A DNA stretch of 64,000 nucleotides from the human T2T-CHM13v2.0 reference genome, Homo sapiens, in the NCBI RefSeq assembly GCF_009914755.1, contig NC_060927.1, one strand, 5' to 3'. This document shows positions 31,716 to 42,997 of the stretch, in pieces (the stretch's first letter is position 1; each line of letters opens with the position of its first letter). The position numbers and the translations under genes were made by a program. Below the pieces are notes generated by a model. The model had not been told where the DNA came from. It made no database searches and saw only the letters and a program-made list of their open reading frames with translations.

Positions 31716-34100
31716 ACAAGACGTATGGAGGAGTTCTCTTAATATCAGCAAGGTGAACTGGGACATTCTTCTTTCTCAGAAGAAGAAACATCTTGTAAAT
31801 TGATGACTGGGGCAAGATAACCATAATAATTTTAGTGAGAAGATTAATACTCAAGGACCTGACTTGATAATTACTTATTTGTGTTTTTCATGGTTAAAAA
31901 AATAAAAGAAGCACAATGACCAGTACATGAAATCAGCATTTGGACCAAATTAGCAAGATTTACTGTTGACTCTGGTTTATACATCCCCACTCATGAGCAT
32001 ACTTCTGAAGGAAAACTTTACAAAAAGAGCCAATGGACTCAGCACTTTCTTTACTATTTGTTCAATAGCCTATATTTCTAGATATTAAATATTTTTTGTA
32101 AGATATATGCACATAGAAGGGGGACTTCTAGGAATTTATAACCAAAATTTTAAAACTATTTTTATATTTTTTTAAATCTTTAAAAATTTTAATTACTGTG
32201 ATATTGATTATACACCTTTTTTATAGATGATTTGTTTAAATTATATCTGGAAAATAGAGTTGATTTACTTTCAGACATGAACTATACAAACAGGATATAT
32301 TTATATGGCTTGAGGTATGTTTTGTAATAGCGTTGTTCTTTAAGTGTACATCGTAATTTGACCTAATTTAAAAATAATATATTTTCGAAGTAGTAGATTC
32401 TCAGATCTTTATTCTAACAATTACATGATTTGAAAACAGTACTCAATGAGACTGGAAATACCTTTTGTACCTAAATGTTTTTTAAATTAATCAAAATACA
32501 TTCTGTGAGATACTATTAAAAGTCTCAGTAAAGTCCTATTTTAAAGGTTAGACACTTTCAGAGATCAAGGTGCTCCCTATACTCCCTTGTTCCATCAGAA
32601 GCTGCAGTGACTCTTTTAGGTGATTCTAATTCTTTCATGCCTTGAAATTAAACTATGAAATTAAAGGCAGAAAAACTGGAAAACCTACTGCAGGTCCAGA
32701 GACTTCTGTTTTACAACTGGGAAACAGCTTGTGTACTAAAGTAATGAGAATAAAAATGTTGGCCCAAAATTACTTTTATAAATAAATAATTCCAAAATAA
32801 TTTCTTAATTTAAAATGATAGCACTTCTCTTGCACTTAAGAATGGCATCCATAAGATTCTGTATTTGGCATTTAGACTAACTTCTAGATGTATATTTTTA
32901 ATAATAGATTCATAATGTTACATTTAATTGAAAACAAACCTTTATATCCAATGAAAATAGTATAAACAGAATGATTTTTATACCACCTTGTTAAGATTGG
33001 TGCTTTTGGTAACTTGTACTGACACAACAGACATGTGCTAGTATCTGATAACATTAAGTACATTTTATGTCGTTTAATATAATTATTTACTTTAAAAATT
33101 GTACTTCAGAACATCAGATTTTATTCACATTTTTTAACTCACTGAACTTTAATAATCAGGTCACCTGTACTCTAGTCAGCACTGTATATATTCTTGGAGT
33201 TTGTACATGGGACTTAGCAACCACACTGAGTGAGGTAAAAGCATTTGATTTCAGATCTAAAATTCGTAACAACCTAAATTTGAGAGGTGGCTGAAATGTG
33301 ATGAAAAGCAATACGAAAAGACAATGTAAACTTTGAAAAGGATTTTAGAGGGAAAATTGCATAGCTTTTTGTAACATTTACTTAATTTTAAAACTAAACT
33401 CATACTTTTGCTATCTTTTTAATATTTATCTCGTTTGGGAGTATACGTGTTTTTAAAATTTGTGTTTTCTATCTGTTTACTATAGTGTAGCTACTGGCTT
33501 CATTTAATAAAAATAAATGATTTTGAAATTAAATATAATATAGAATTCACATTTTATATAGCTCTCTCAAAAATTAATTTTTATTCCTTAAGCATTTTAA
33601 AAACATTTTAAAAAATGTTTTGTAAATCCAGGTGTATTTTAACAATTAAATGCCTATTTTGTTATATGTTATACTTTTATTCTTAATTCTGAATTTTGAC
33701 ATTTTCACACAATAAAAATAATTTATATCAATATTCTGTTTCTCTTTTCAATTGGTAGATTTAAATGATTTCCTTTGGGTAATAAAATAGGTAAAGATTT
33801 TAAAATATGATTATTGAAAAACAGTTTAAATCAGTAGATTAAAATAATGCATTTTTTTGATACTTTACACACAAAACTTTTTTCTCTCTGCAAGTTTTTA
33901 TGTATGTGGGAAAGAATTTGTGATTTTAAATGCAGCTACAAATAGCATTTCACCATATGATGTTAGAGGATTTGATGTCTGTCTTGCGTTAAAGCTGTTG
34001 GTCAACAGATATGTTTTTATGTATTTAAAAGAGGCTCTTGTGTGCCTTTATGTGTAAAATGCATATTACGTAGTATACATGATATTGTATGTAACTGACT
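31716..34100 (+). other. ARL13B: ARL13B 3'UTR with several candidate poly(A) signals
   Basis: Repeat-free AT-rich sequence; AATAAA at 31901, 32749, 33506, 33512, 33711, 33781; 3' end approximate. Confidence 0.65.
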
Positions 34101-34870
34101 TCAAATATAAAACTATGCATAGAAACAACACTAGAAAGAAATGTAGTTTGGCTTACTTTTGTAGTGAGGGAGGCAAATTTATAATATTGTATAAATTATT
34201 TAAGTACCATGTTTTCTGCAAGTTTAAAATTAAGTGCTTTTATAAATGCCAGATTAAGACTACAATTCCCTTAATATGTAAAACCTGTGAACATCGTGGA
34301 GCAGTTCACCTGCAGAATACAACTAAAGAAATCAAATGCTTCTAGGTAGCAAAAGCTATTCACAAGCTAAATTGTTTATACATATAAAGCTGTAGCTTAT
34401 AAACTTTATCATCCTTGGCTTTACTTAGTAAATTTTTTTGCTAAGTGGAATATGCTTTGCAACTGAGATTCTGCTAATAATGGTTTATTAATTTATCAGG
34501 AAGTATATTCCAACTGATCCAAAGAACAAATTCAAATATTTTAAAATTTTCAATTAAGCATGGCATAGGTTATCAAAATAGCAATAATCCTTTATCTTTA
34601 CAGAAACAGAATAATAGATACCTGTTTTTTGAGGGGGGAAAAAAAGAAAGCCAGAAATTAACTTCCTTTAATGAAAGAGATCAGCTTATAATTAAATGGA
34701 AAATAGGAAAAAAGTTCATTTGCTTGTTGAGGGCTTAACTTGTAAGTTCCTTCTGTGTGCGGATGAGGAAATCATTTACAACCTAGGTAAGTGGATCAGT
34801 GGTTTCCAAGTTTTTATTATAATATCTTCTATCAGAAAACATTTTTAATATACATTGATGTTTATGTTAT

Positions 34871-35216
34871 TGTATTAGTTTGCTAGGGTGGCCATAACAA
34901 AGTATCACAGACAAGTTGCTTAAACAACAGAAATTTATTTTCTCAGTTCTGGGGACTGGTAGTCTGAGAGCAAGTTGGTGGGTTTGCTTTCTCCTGAGGC
35001 CCCTCCTTGCCTGATAGATAGACACTGTCTTGTGTCCCCACGTGGCCTTTTTTCTCCACCCACCCCCACTGTCTCTGTGTGTTCGATTTTCCTCTTTTTA
35101 TGACTTCTTATAACTTAACTTTTTAAAGGCCCATCTCCAAATATAGTCACATTCTGAGGTACTGGGGGTTAAGGCATCAACGTGAATTTTGGGGGGACAA
35201 ATTTCAGCCCATAACA
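34871..35216 (-). mobile_element. MLT1 (MaLR) solo LTR
   Basis: TGTATTAGTTTGCTAGGG...CTCCAAATATAGTCACATTCTGAGGTACTGGGGGTTAAG...CAGCCCATAACA; near-TSD GTTAT/GTTAA. Confidence 0.85.
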
Positions 35217-37261
35217 GTTAACATACTTGTTCTACTGCACTATGTACATTTTAAATACACTTCCCTAAAAAAAGAAATTTTAAAAGACTACATAAAGCTT
35301 AATAAAAATAAAAGTCATTATATTTACTTCCTAGACACAGTGGATTGTCTGCTGGAGTTTGTACAGACCACATTGGAGCCCTGAAATTTAGTAAAATGAG
35401 AATCTCACCTGACGTTTAAGCCTAAGATTGCCTATAACTATGCTGTGTTCTGTAGCATTGATCACAGGTTTCCTGTTGTGTTTTCCTGTTGTTTTTCTGC
35501 CATATATTTTAAGGAGCTCAGGGCTCTCTTGATGTCATATTGTTTTACTACAAAGCGTCTCCTTACCTTTTTGACAACATAAACCTCTATATGAACATGA
35601 AGGGTTTTGACACATTTTATATAAATATGAAAATTCATAAAACATAGTTTAGGAGTTATTCCATAAATTACTCTGAAATACTTCTTAAGACCAACTGACC
35701 TTATAATAAAATTGCTTAGATATGTAAAAATTTGTTTCCTGCCTAGAGGTACGTCCTTATTAAGCTGCTTGGTTCTTTAACGCTAACATTAAAAAAAGCA
35801 CAAAAAACAAACTAATGTGATTTATGTTATTTGTGTCAGCTCAATGTCTTATGTCTGCAGTGGTTTAATTCAAGTTTGCTGCTAACAGTTTTTATTCCTA
35901 AAACTCAATGTAGAATTGTTTGTTCTTTGGTAGCTATTTGGGGTGCGGATGGGGAGTAAAATCCATTAACATTCTCATGATACACATATATTGATTCTAG
36001 ATAGATTAAGAGGTTAAACATAAAAGATCAAACTATGAAAAGGTAAGGGGAGAAACAGAAGTGGCTTCACTCGGGGAAAAAATGTATAAGCCTGAAAGCA
36101 GTGGAATCAATAAACTCAATTTACAATGCACAAAAAAAATTTTAAAATACCTTCACACTTAAAGTCAAATGGTTATAAGAAAAATTGAGAAAGTGTTTTA
36201 ACATCTGACATGGTTATCTCAAATATAAATAAAATGATACTAAGACACCTATAGATAAGTGGACATGAGCGGTAATCTAAAAAAGAAATAACTAATAAGA
36301 TTTGAAAACCTACCCAAACTAAGGGCATAATTAACTAGGCATTATAAGGAGATTATTAGAGATTCAGACAAAATTCATAAGCAAAGTTGTTTATTTAAAA
36401 TCAGAAAATATAAAGATGCTGAGTCCCAAAAATGTGATAAAATTAATATGACCTCTTTCCAAGTATAACACATTGCCTTTCTCTAACAGAAATAAACTAT
36501 GATTCTTATTACAGTCTTAAAATTCTTTTTTTAATGAATGAGTGTAACTTTTTATTAAGATAGAATTATTTTTATTAAAGAAATATATGAAAATGGTTAA
36601 GTAAAATCAAATGGCTCCAAAAGTCTTACAATGAAAACAGTCCTGCGACTTGTTCTTTCCAGAGGAAAGCACTTTTCATTCTCTTAGTTTTTCCTTCTGG
36701 TAGTTACCTCCATGGGTTTTAAAAAATTACTATTTTTTTAGTTTTTCAAGTGAATACATATATTAATACATGTAATCTTTAAAAGCCTCTTCAGTTTATA
36801 ATGCATCCTAACAGTCCCCTGCCCCATCCCTCCTAATTCTCTGGAGCAATGACTTCTAACTCTTCTAGCAATGTTCCATTCTTTTCTTCACATAACTACT
36901 TAGTCATTTCTTGATTATGTTATACATTATATAGTGATTTCTTGATATGACAGATGAGGATTTAGCTCTTACACCATCACTATCTTCACTTTTCCCCCCA
37001 TATTGTCCCAAAGTAGTTACCAGATTTAGGGGCTAAGCAGTCAGTCACCACATCATTATGACTATGTACATATTGCCCATTGTTGAGAAAAACAGCGTAT
37101 GATGCTCTTACTTCCTATCCTGTACTTCTTCCTGCCCTAGAATTAATTATTGCCTAACCAACCCTTCCCCCTTGTTTTTTTTTGTTTTTTTTTTTTTTTA
37201 CTTTTGCTTTATCTTCAATGCACTTCTTTCCAAATGCCCCAAATCTGGCAATAACCTATTA

Positions 37262-37385
37262 TTTTTAAGAGAAGGGATCTCACTATGGTGGCCAGGCTGC
37301 TCTGAACTCTTGGGCTCAAGCCATCCTTTTGCTTAGCCTCCTGAGTAGCTGGGACTACAAGCATGGGCCATCCCACCCAGCTAAT
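37262..37385 (-). mobile_element. FLAM-like Alu monomer in DHFR2 3'UTR
   Basis: GGCCAGGCTGCTCTGAACTCTTGGGCTCAAG...GAGTAGCTGGGACTACA. Confidence 0.8.
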
Positions 37386-37678
37386 CTATTAGTATTTTTA
37401 CTGTTTCTTTTTAAAGCTAGCTCCATAGCTGGAATATTGCCTGTGTTGGATACTATTTGCTGGATCCACGTCATTCTCTGGTTTGTGTACGCCTTCATTT
37501 TGCTGGAGTATTTTCTCCGATAGCTTCCCAAGAAAGGGTACATGTAACCCCTGAGTCTTTGCTTGTCTAAAAATGTATTATTTTACCTTCACCCTTGATT
37601 CTTTGCCTGAATATAGATTTATCAGTTGAAAATAACTTTATAGAATTCTGAAGGCATGGTTCCGTTGTTTTCAGATTC

Positions 37679-37951
37679 TTTTTTGAGACAGGGTCTCTTC
37701 TGTCACCCAGGCAGGAGTGCAGTGGCAAAATCACGACTCACTGCAGCCTTGAACTCATGGGCTCAATTGAATCCTCCATCTCAGCCCCGTGAGTAGACGA
37801 GACTACAGGTGTGTGCCACAATGCCCAGCCAATTTTTGTATCTTCTGTAGAGACAGGGCTCCACCATGTTGCCCAAGCTGGTCTCAGGTGATCCACCCAC
37901 CTCAGCCCCCCAAAGTGCTGGGACCACAGGCGTGAGCCACCACTCCTGGCC
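37679..37951 (-). mobile_element. AluJ-like in DHFR2 3'UTR
   Basis: GAGACAGGGTCTC...CAAAGTGCTGGGACCACAGGCGTGAGCCACC. Confidence 0.9.
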
Positions 37952-38232
37952 AGTTTTTAATTCTCTCTCTACTTCTTTCATTTCTCAAAGGCATCTCAAA
38001 CTCAGTGGGCCCAAAACCAAAGTCAAACTCCATCAGAATATCCTGCTACTTCCAACTTTAAAATATATCTTAAATCACAATTTCTTACCACATGCAATCC
38101 TTTGGTTCAAACTACCATCATCCCTCACTTGAACCTAGAATTGGTTTTCCTGCTTCTGTACTTTTTTAAATTATAAAATATTTCAAATAAACCATGTGTG
38201 GCTTTATACTTTTTACTAAAAGAATGAAGATC

Positions 38233-38527
38233 TGCCAAGTGCAGTGGCTGATGCCTGTAATCCCAGCACCCCTGAAGGCCGAGGCAGGAGGATCACCTGA
38301 GGTCAGGAGTTCGAGACTAGCCTGACCAACATGGAATGTCCCCACCAAAAATACAAAATTAGCCTGGCGTGGTGGCACGCGCCTGTAGTCCCAGCCACCC
38401 AGGAGCCTGAGGCAGGAGAATTGCTTGAACCTGGGAAGGCTGAAGTTGCCGTGAGCCAAGGTTGTTCCATTGCACTCCGCCTGGGCAACAAGAGTGAAAT
38501 TCTGTCTTAAAAAGAAAAAAAAAAAAA
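38233..38527 (+). mobile_element. AluS-like in DHFR2 3'UTR
   Basis: GGATCACCTGAGGTCAGGAGTTCGAGAC, poly-A. Confidence 0.92.
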
Positions 38528-39398
38528 GTATGAAGAGTTTACATACTTAAACATGGAATTGCTTTAAGTGTTTGGCATTCACCGTTCCCGTACATTACAG
38601 CAGCTTCTTTCAGCAAACACCTGGAACTTGCTATTGAGTAGGTGGAGTACGTTCTGCCCACACACAGGACAGGGAGCTGACAACCAAGGAGTGGGGGTTA
38701 AATACTCTAGCTTTCTCCCCTCCGTTTCCCTGTATCTCAGCAGTATGGAGCTCGTTACCATTGAGAACCTCCTCACTGATTTTGAACTGGTTTTTACCTT
38801 CTCAGTTCCATTTCTCCATACTTCGATTGATGACTTCTGGTATGACCTAGCAAATAAACTGCTTTCACTTAAATTTCAGTCTTGGAATCTGCTTTGGGTT
38901 CCCCAATCTAAGACAGAAATATATTCATTTTCCCATCACTGGACTTCCAGGTTGTTTTCAGTTTTTCACTGTTACAAAAAAGGCTGCAACATTTGTCTAC
39001 AAACCTCTGGATATACATGTACGAAGCTTTTGGTATTTCCTACTAGTGAAACTGCTCAGCTGAAGGGTATGTGCATCTTCATCTTTAATAAATACTACCA
39101 ACATTAGAAAAGCCTGACAATGTCAAGGAGTGGCAAGAGTGCCACATGTGATGGGTGTGGAATGGCAGCTCACTGTAGCAGGTGCTGGGGACTCAGTCGG
39201 GGTCTTGGAGAGACAGTTATAGCAAGAATGTTTCATAAATGGTATCTGATATAGCCAAGATTAGTGAGGAATAAAAACACGTTGCTTAGAAATAATTATC
39301 CATAGATCTGAAGTCAACAAAAGTCCCTTTTCTAATGTAAAAATGCATACTTTTCTCAGAGGGAGGGGGAACAACTTAAACCAGAAAACACCTTCATA

Positions 39399-39962
39399 TT
39401 AATCATCCTTCTCACATACTTCAAATTTGTACTTGATGTGTTTCCCCTCCTGGACATCAGAGAGAACACCTGGGTATTCAGGCAGAAGTTTATATTTCTC
39501 CAAGTCAATTTCTGAAAAAAACGTGTCACTTTCAAAGTCCTGCATGATCCTTGTCACAAATAGTTTAAGATGGCCTAGGTGATTCATGGCTTCCTTATAA
39601 ACAGAACTGCCACCAACTATCCAAATCATGTCTACTTTATTTGCTAATTCTGGTCGTTCAGTAAGTTTTAAGGCATCATCCAAACTTCTGGCAAGAAAAT
39701 GAGCTCCTTGTGGAGCTTCCTTGAGTTCTCTGCTGAGAACTAAATTAATTCTATCCTTTAAAGGTCGATTCTTCTCAGGAATGGAGAACCAGGTCTTCCT
39801 ACCCATAATCACCAGATTCTGTTTACCCTCTACTGAAGAAGTTGTGGTCATTCTCTGGAAATACCTGAATTCATTCCTGAGCGGCGGCCTGGGCAGGTCC
39901 CCGTTCTTGCCGATGCCCATGTTTTGGGACACAGCGACGATGCAGTTTAGCAAAAGAAACAT
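39399..39962 (-). CDS. DHFR2: Dihydrofolate reductase 2 (DHFR-like 1), 187 aa, single coding exon
   Basis: ATG at 39962-39960, TAA at 39401-39399; [32 protein letters not shown]...IVGGSSVY...FEVCEKDD; DHFR signature motifs, Trp>Arg at codon 25. Confidence 0.97.
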   Translation of the reverse strand: MFLLLNCIVAVSQNMGIGKNGDLPRPPLRNEFRYFQRMTTTSSVEGKQNLVIMGRKTWFSIPEKNRPLKDRINLVLSRELKEAPQGAHFLARSLDDALKLTERPELANKVDMIWIVGGSSVYKEAMNHLGHLKLFVTRIMQDFESDTFFSEIDLEKYKLLPEYPGVLSDVQEGKHIKYKFEVCEKDD

Positions 39963-40120
39963 GACAGCAGCGGTTAACACCTCCGAACTTGCTGGCTACG
40001 CCAGGAAGCCAGGCCAAGAATGCCGCGAAATTCCCTTCTTCAAATTTTTTTACGTGCCTACATTGCAAATACAATACCACTGTATTAATTAATTGCAACA
40101 TTCTGGAATGAACATAGAAA

Positions 40121-40200
40121 AATAAATTATATAAAATATATTTATAAAGTATAAATTTATAAAATATTTATAAAATATAAATTTATAAAATTATAAAAAA
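40121..40200. repeat. AT-rich low-complexity tandem (TATAAAAT-like)
   Basis: Nearly pure A/T repeated units. Confidence 0.8.
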
Positions 40201-41087
40201 TACAGAGGCTGAAAGGTTAGACCGACTTTTCCACAAACATTAAACAGACGGCATCCAAGAGATGGCATCATTTCATTCCTGATTATCATAGTCTTTTGTA
40301 CCAAATCTAAATTCTAATAAGATGCATTTTTTAGGTGACTTGGAAACTTGTTTAAATAAATAAATATATTAAGCTTCAAATCAGATTAGAAGGAAAGACA
40401 TGTTTTTACATGAATATAAGACTTGTACCTATAGCATGTACGTATATTGATATGAGCATCAAGGAACAACTCAAAATGATGATTATTAACTATCAGGGAC
40501 CATATCAAACCGGTTTTTTCTAATTGCTGATTGCTGCTACAAATGATAGTTACTGAAGCATGACACCAAAAGAGCAAATAAACTTCTATTCGTGTCAAAA
40601 TAGGTGTAATAAACATCTTCCTTGGAGAACCATTAAACATTGCTCCCTTGTAAAGGTGAATTGGGGAGGCTAGAGTGGAGGGTCCTTTTGGTCTTCACGC
40701 ATTTGGTATCAACGCGACAAAAATCACAATGATCACAATAGTGAAAATAATAGCAGCTAACATTTGGGCATTTACTGTTTCCTAATCACTGTTGTAACCG
40801 CTTTACATGCCTACTTCAGTTTAACACTCTCCATTAAAAGGAGAGATTATCCCCATGGGCCAGGTCTGGGGAAAAGCATGACTTAATTTCTTTTTCATTA
40901 TATTCCACCCTTTTATCCTTGGGTACTGAATGTCTAGGTTAACAGGGGTCACTAGATTTGGTAGATTAAGTCAGTAACTAGCTTCGCTTTGAGAATATTT
41001 TAAATCAGTCATCATACAACATAACCCCAAAACTCATTCCTTTATTGAGCCCCATGCATATACACACTGTTCAGCACAATATGCGAC

Positions 41088-41235
41088 TTTTTATTTATTT
41101 TTGAGACAAAGCCTCGCTCTGTCGCCCACGCTGCAGTGCAGTGGCGCGATCACGGGTCACTGCAACCTCAAACTTCTGCCCAAGCGATCCTCCCACCTCA
41201 GCATCCGCAGAAGCAGGGGCCGCACAGGCGCGCAG
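41088..41235 (-). mobile_element. Alu monomer fragment merging into CpG island
   Basis: GAGACAAAGCCTCGCTCTGTCGCCCACGCTGCAGTGCAGTGGCGCGATCAC. Confidence 0.8.
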
Positions 41236-41720
41236 ATGTGTGACTTTCTAAGGTCCGGCCGCCCAAAGCTACGCCGACCAATCCAAGTAGCGAAAGTCGC
41301 TTTGGCCCTGGCCCGTTACCTCCGCGTCCTGGGAAGTATCAGCCTTTACCAGCTACCGGAAGTAACTGCGCACGAAATCTCCCGCGGGAGCTAAGCCTCT
41401 TCGACAAGAATTCTATAGCGCGAGCAAATCAGTATCTCGCGAGAAATTGAAGAGGAAACGTGAGAATGAAAGTGGATGCCCGCGAATCCCGGAAGTCAGA
41501 CTGTTTTTTTCAGTTCCCTGGAGGCTTTTTGATACTGATTCGCGTACACCTGTTGTTTGAAAGCTCTCAGCGGGACAATGCTGACCCAGGTGAGACCTGG
41601 GGCCCGGCTGGGTACCTCTATCTGAATGAGACGCTTCTGGACGCGGCCGAGGTGGCGAGGGAGGGTGCTGGGATGGGGGAACATCACCTTTGTTCGTCCC
41701 CTCGCGAGATCAGCGTTTCT
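41200..41720. promoter_or_regulatory. CpG-rich bidirectional promoter of DHFR2 (-) and NSUN3 (+)
   Basis: High CpG density; CCAAT 41278-41282; ETS/GABP CCGGAAGT 41356-41363 and 41489-41496; TCTCGCGAGA 41435-41444; CTCGCGAG 41701-41708; minus-strand donors at 41319 and 41349. Confidence 0.88.
41578..41589 (+). CDS. NSUN3: NSUN3 exon 1 coding part (MLTQ)
   Basis: ACAATG CTG ACC CAG|gtgaga. Confidence 0.92.
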
Positions 41721-42076
41721 TTGGCTTTACTGTCAAGCCCTGAAATAATGCTGAGTGCTGTAATGCTGAGTCCCTTCCGTCCAGCTCGCAGACTTCTAGT
41801 ACCCACTCCCTCCAGCTCTTGGAGGGCTGAGATTTGTTTTCTGTGTCACAGCGGTATCCCGGGAGCTTAGAACAGTGTCTGTTACATAGTAGGCATTGAA
41901 TACACGTTTCTTGGATGAATAAATGAAACAATTGCAAGGAAGTTCACGATGAAATTGGAGTGACTTTTCTCCCTAAATTAACTTTTCACTTTAAAATAAC
42001 GTTGCAAAGATAGTACAGAGTTCTCAAATACCTTTCACCAATTTTTCTTGATGTCAGCATCCCCGGTGACTTTTTA

Positions 42077-42597
42077 GTTTTGTTTAGATACAAGTTCTTG
42101 CTCTGTCACCCAATCTGGAATGCAGCTGCTCCATCATAGCTCACTGTAACCTTGAACTCCTGGGTTCAAGCGATCCTCCAGCCTCAGCCTCCCTAGTAGC
42201 TAGGACTACAGGAGCAGGCCACTACGCCTGGCTAATTTTTTTTTTTTTTTTACTTTTTGTAGAGACACGTCCTTGATATGTTTTCCAGTCTGGTCTTGAA
42301 CTGGGAAATGATCCTCTCGCCTCGTCCCTGCAAAGCATGAGCCAGCTGGAGTACAGTGGCGCGATCTCGGCTCACTGCAACCTCCACCTCCTGAGTTCAA
42401 GCGATTCTCCCACCTCAGCCCCCTGAGTAGGTGGGGTTACAGGCGCCCACCACTACTCTCGGCTAATTTTTGTATTTTTAGTAGAGACGGGTTTCCCGTG
42501 TTGGCCAACCTGGTCTTGAACTCCAGACCTCATGTGATCCTCCCGCCTCTGCCTCCCACAGTGCTGGGATTACAGGTGTGAGCCACCTGCCTAGCCC
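42077..42597 (-). mobile_element. Composite AluJ + AluS fusion
   Basis: AluJ 42077-~42343 joined directly to tail-less AluS ~42344-42597; GTGACTTTTTA at 42066-42076 and 42603-42613. Confidence 0.85.
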
Positions 42598-42887
42598 CTA
42601 CAGTGACTTTTTAAAATTAATTTTGTTCCTTTTGACAGTTTCTTCAGCCCCAGTAGATTCTGTTTTAACCTTTGCTTCACATTTGGAAAATAATTATTTG
42701 GAAAAACCTTGCTTTTTCATAATTAGATAATGTACAGTTTTGGTACATGTAAGGTATTGCTTCCATTTCAAGAACTAGTAATTATCCAAAAAAAGTGTTC
42801 TTGTCTTAAAAAAAGACCTTGCTAATGTTGACGTTCAGTAAATTTGTAATATCACTGTGTGTCAGCAACTTTTTCTTATCGTCATAG

Positions 42888-42997
42888 CTGAAAGCAAAAT
42901 CAGAGGGGAAGCTTGCAAAACAGATTTGCAAAGTTGTGTTGGATCATTTTGAAAAACAGTATTCCAAAGAACTCGGAGATGCCTGGAATACAGTAAG
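42888..42997 (+). CDS. NSUN3: NSUN3 exon 2
   Basis: catag|CTG...AG|gttagt; LKAKSEGKLAKQICKVVLDHFEKQYSKELGDAWNTV(R); 110 bp. Confidence 0.95.

Larger units (their letters stand above)
36530..40036 (-). other. DHFR2: Full-length DHFR mRNA retrocopy forming DHFR2 exon 2 (5'UTR remnant, CDS, long 3'UTR)
   Basis: Intronless; minus-strand AATAAA (TTTATT 36551-36556), short A-tract remnant; degenerate TSD TCTTAAAATTCTTTT 36515-36529 vs TCTTCAAATTTTTTT 40037-40051 (13/15). Confidence 0.8.

Noticed and set aside
38568-39107. 179-aa + strand ORF
   Set aside because: Antisense to DHFR-derived 3'UTR, non-ATG start, no recognisable domain.
39963-39980. 193-aa DHFR2 as given in the ORF track
   Set aside because: Starts at GTG; the ATG homologous to DHFR is at 39962, giving 187 aa.
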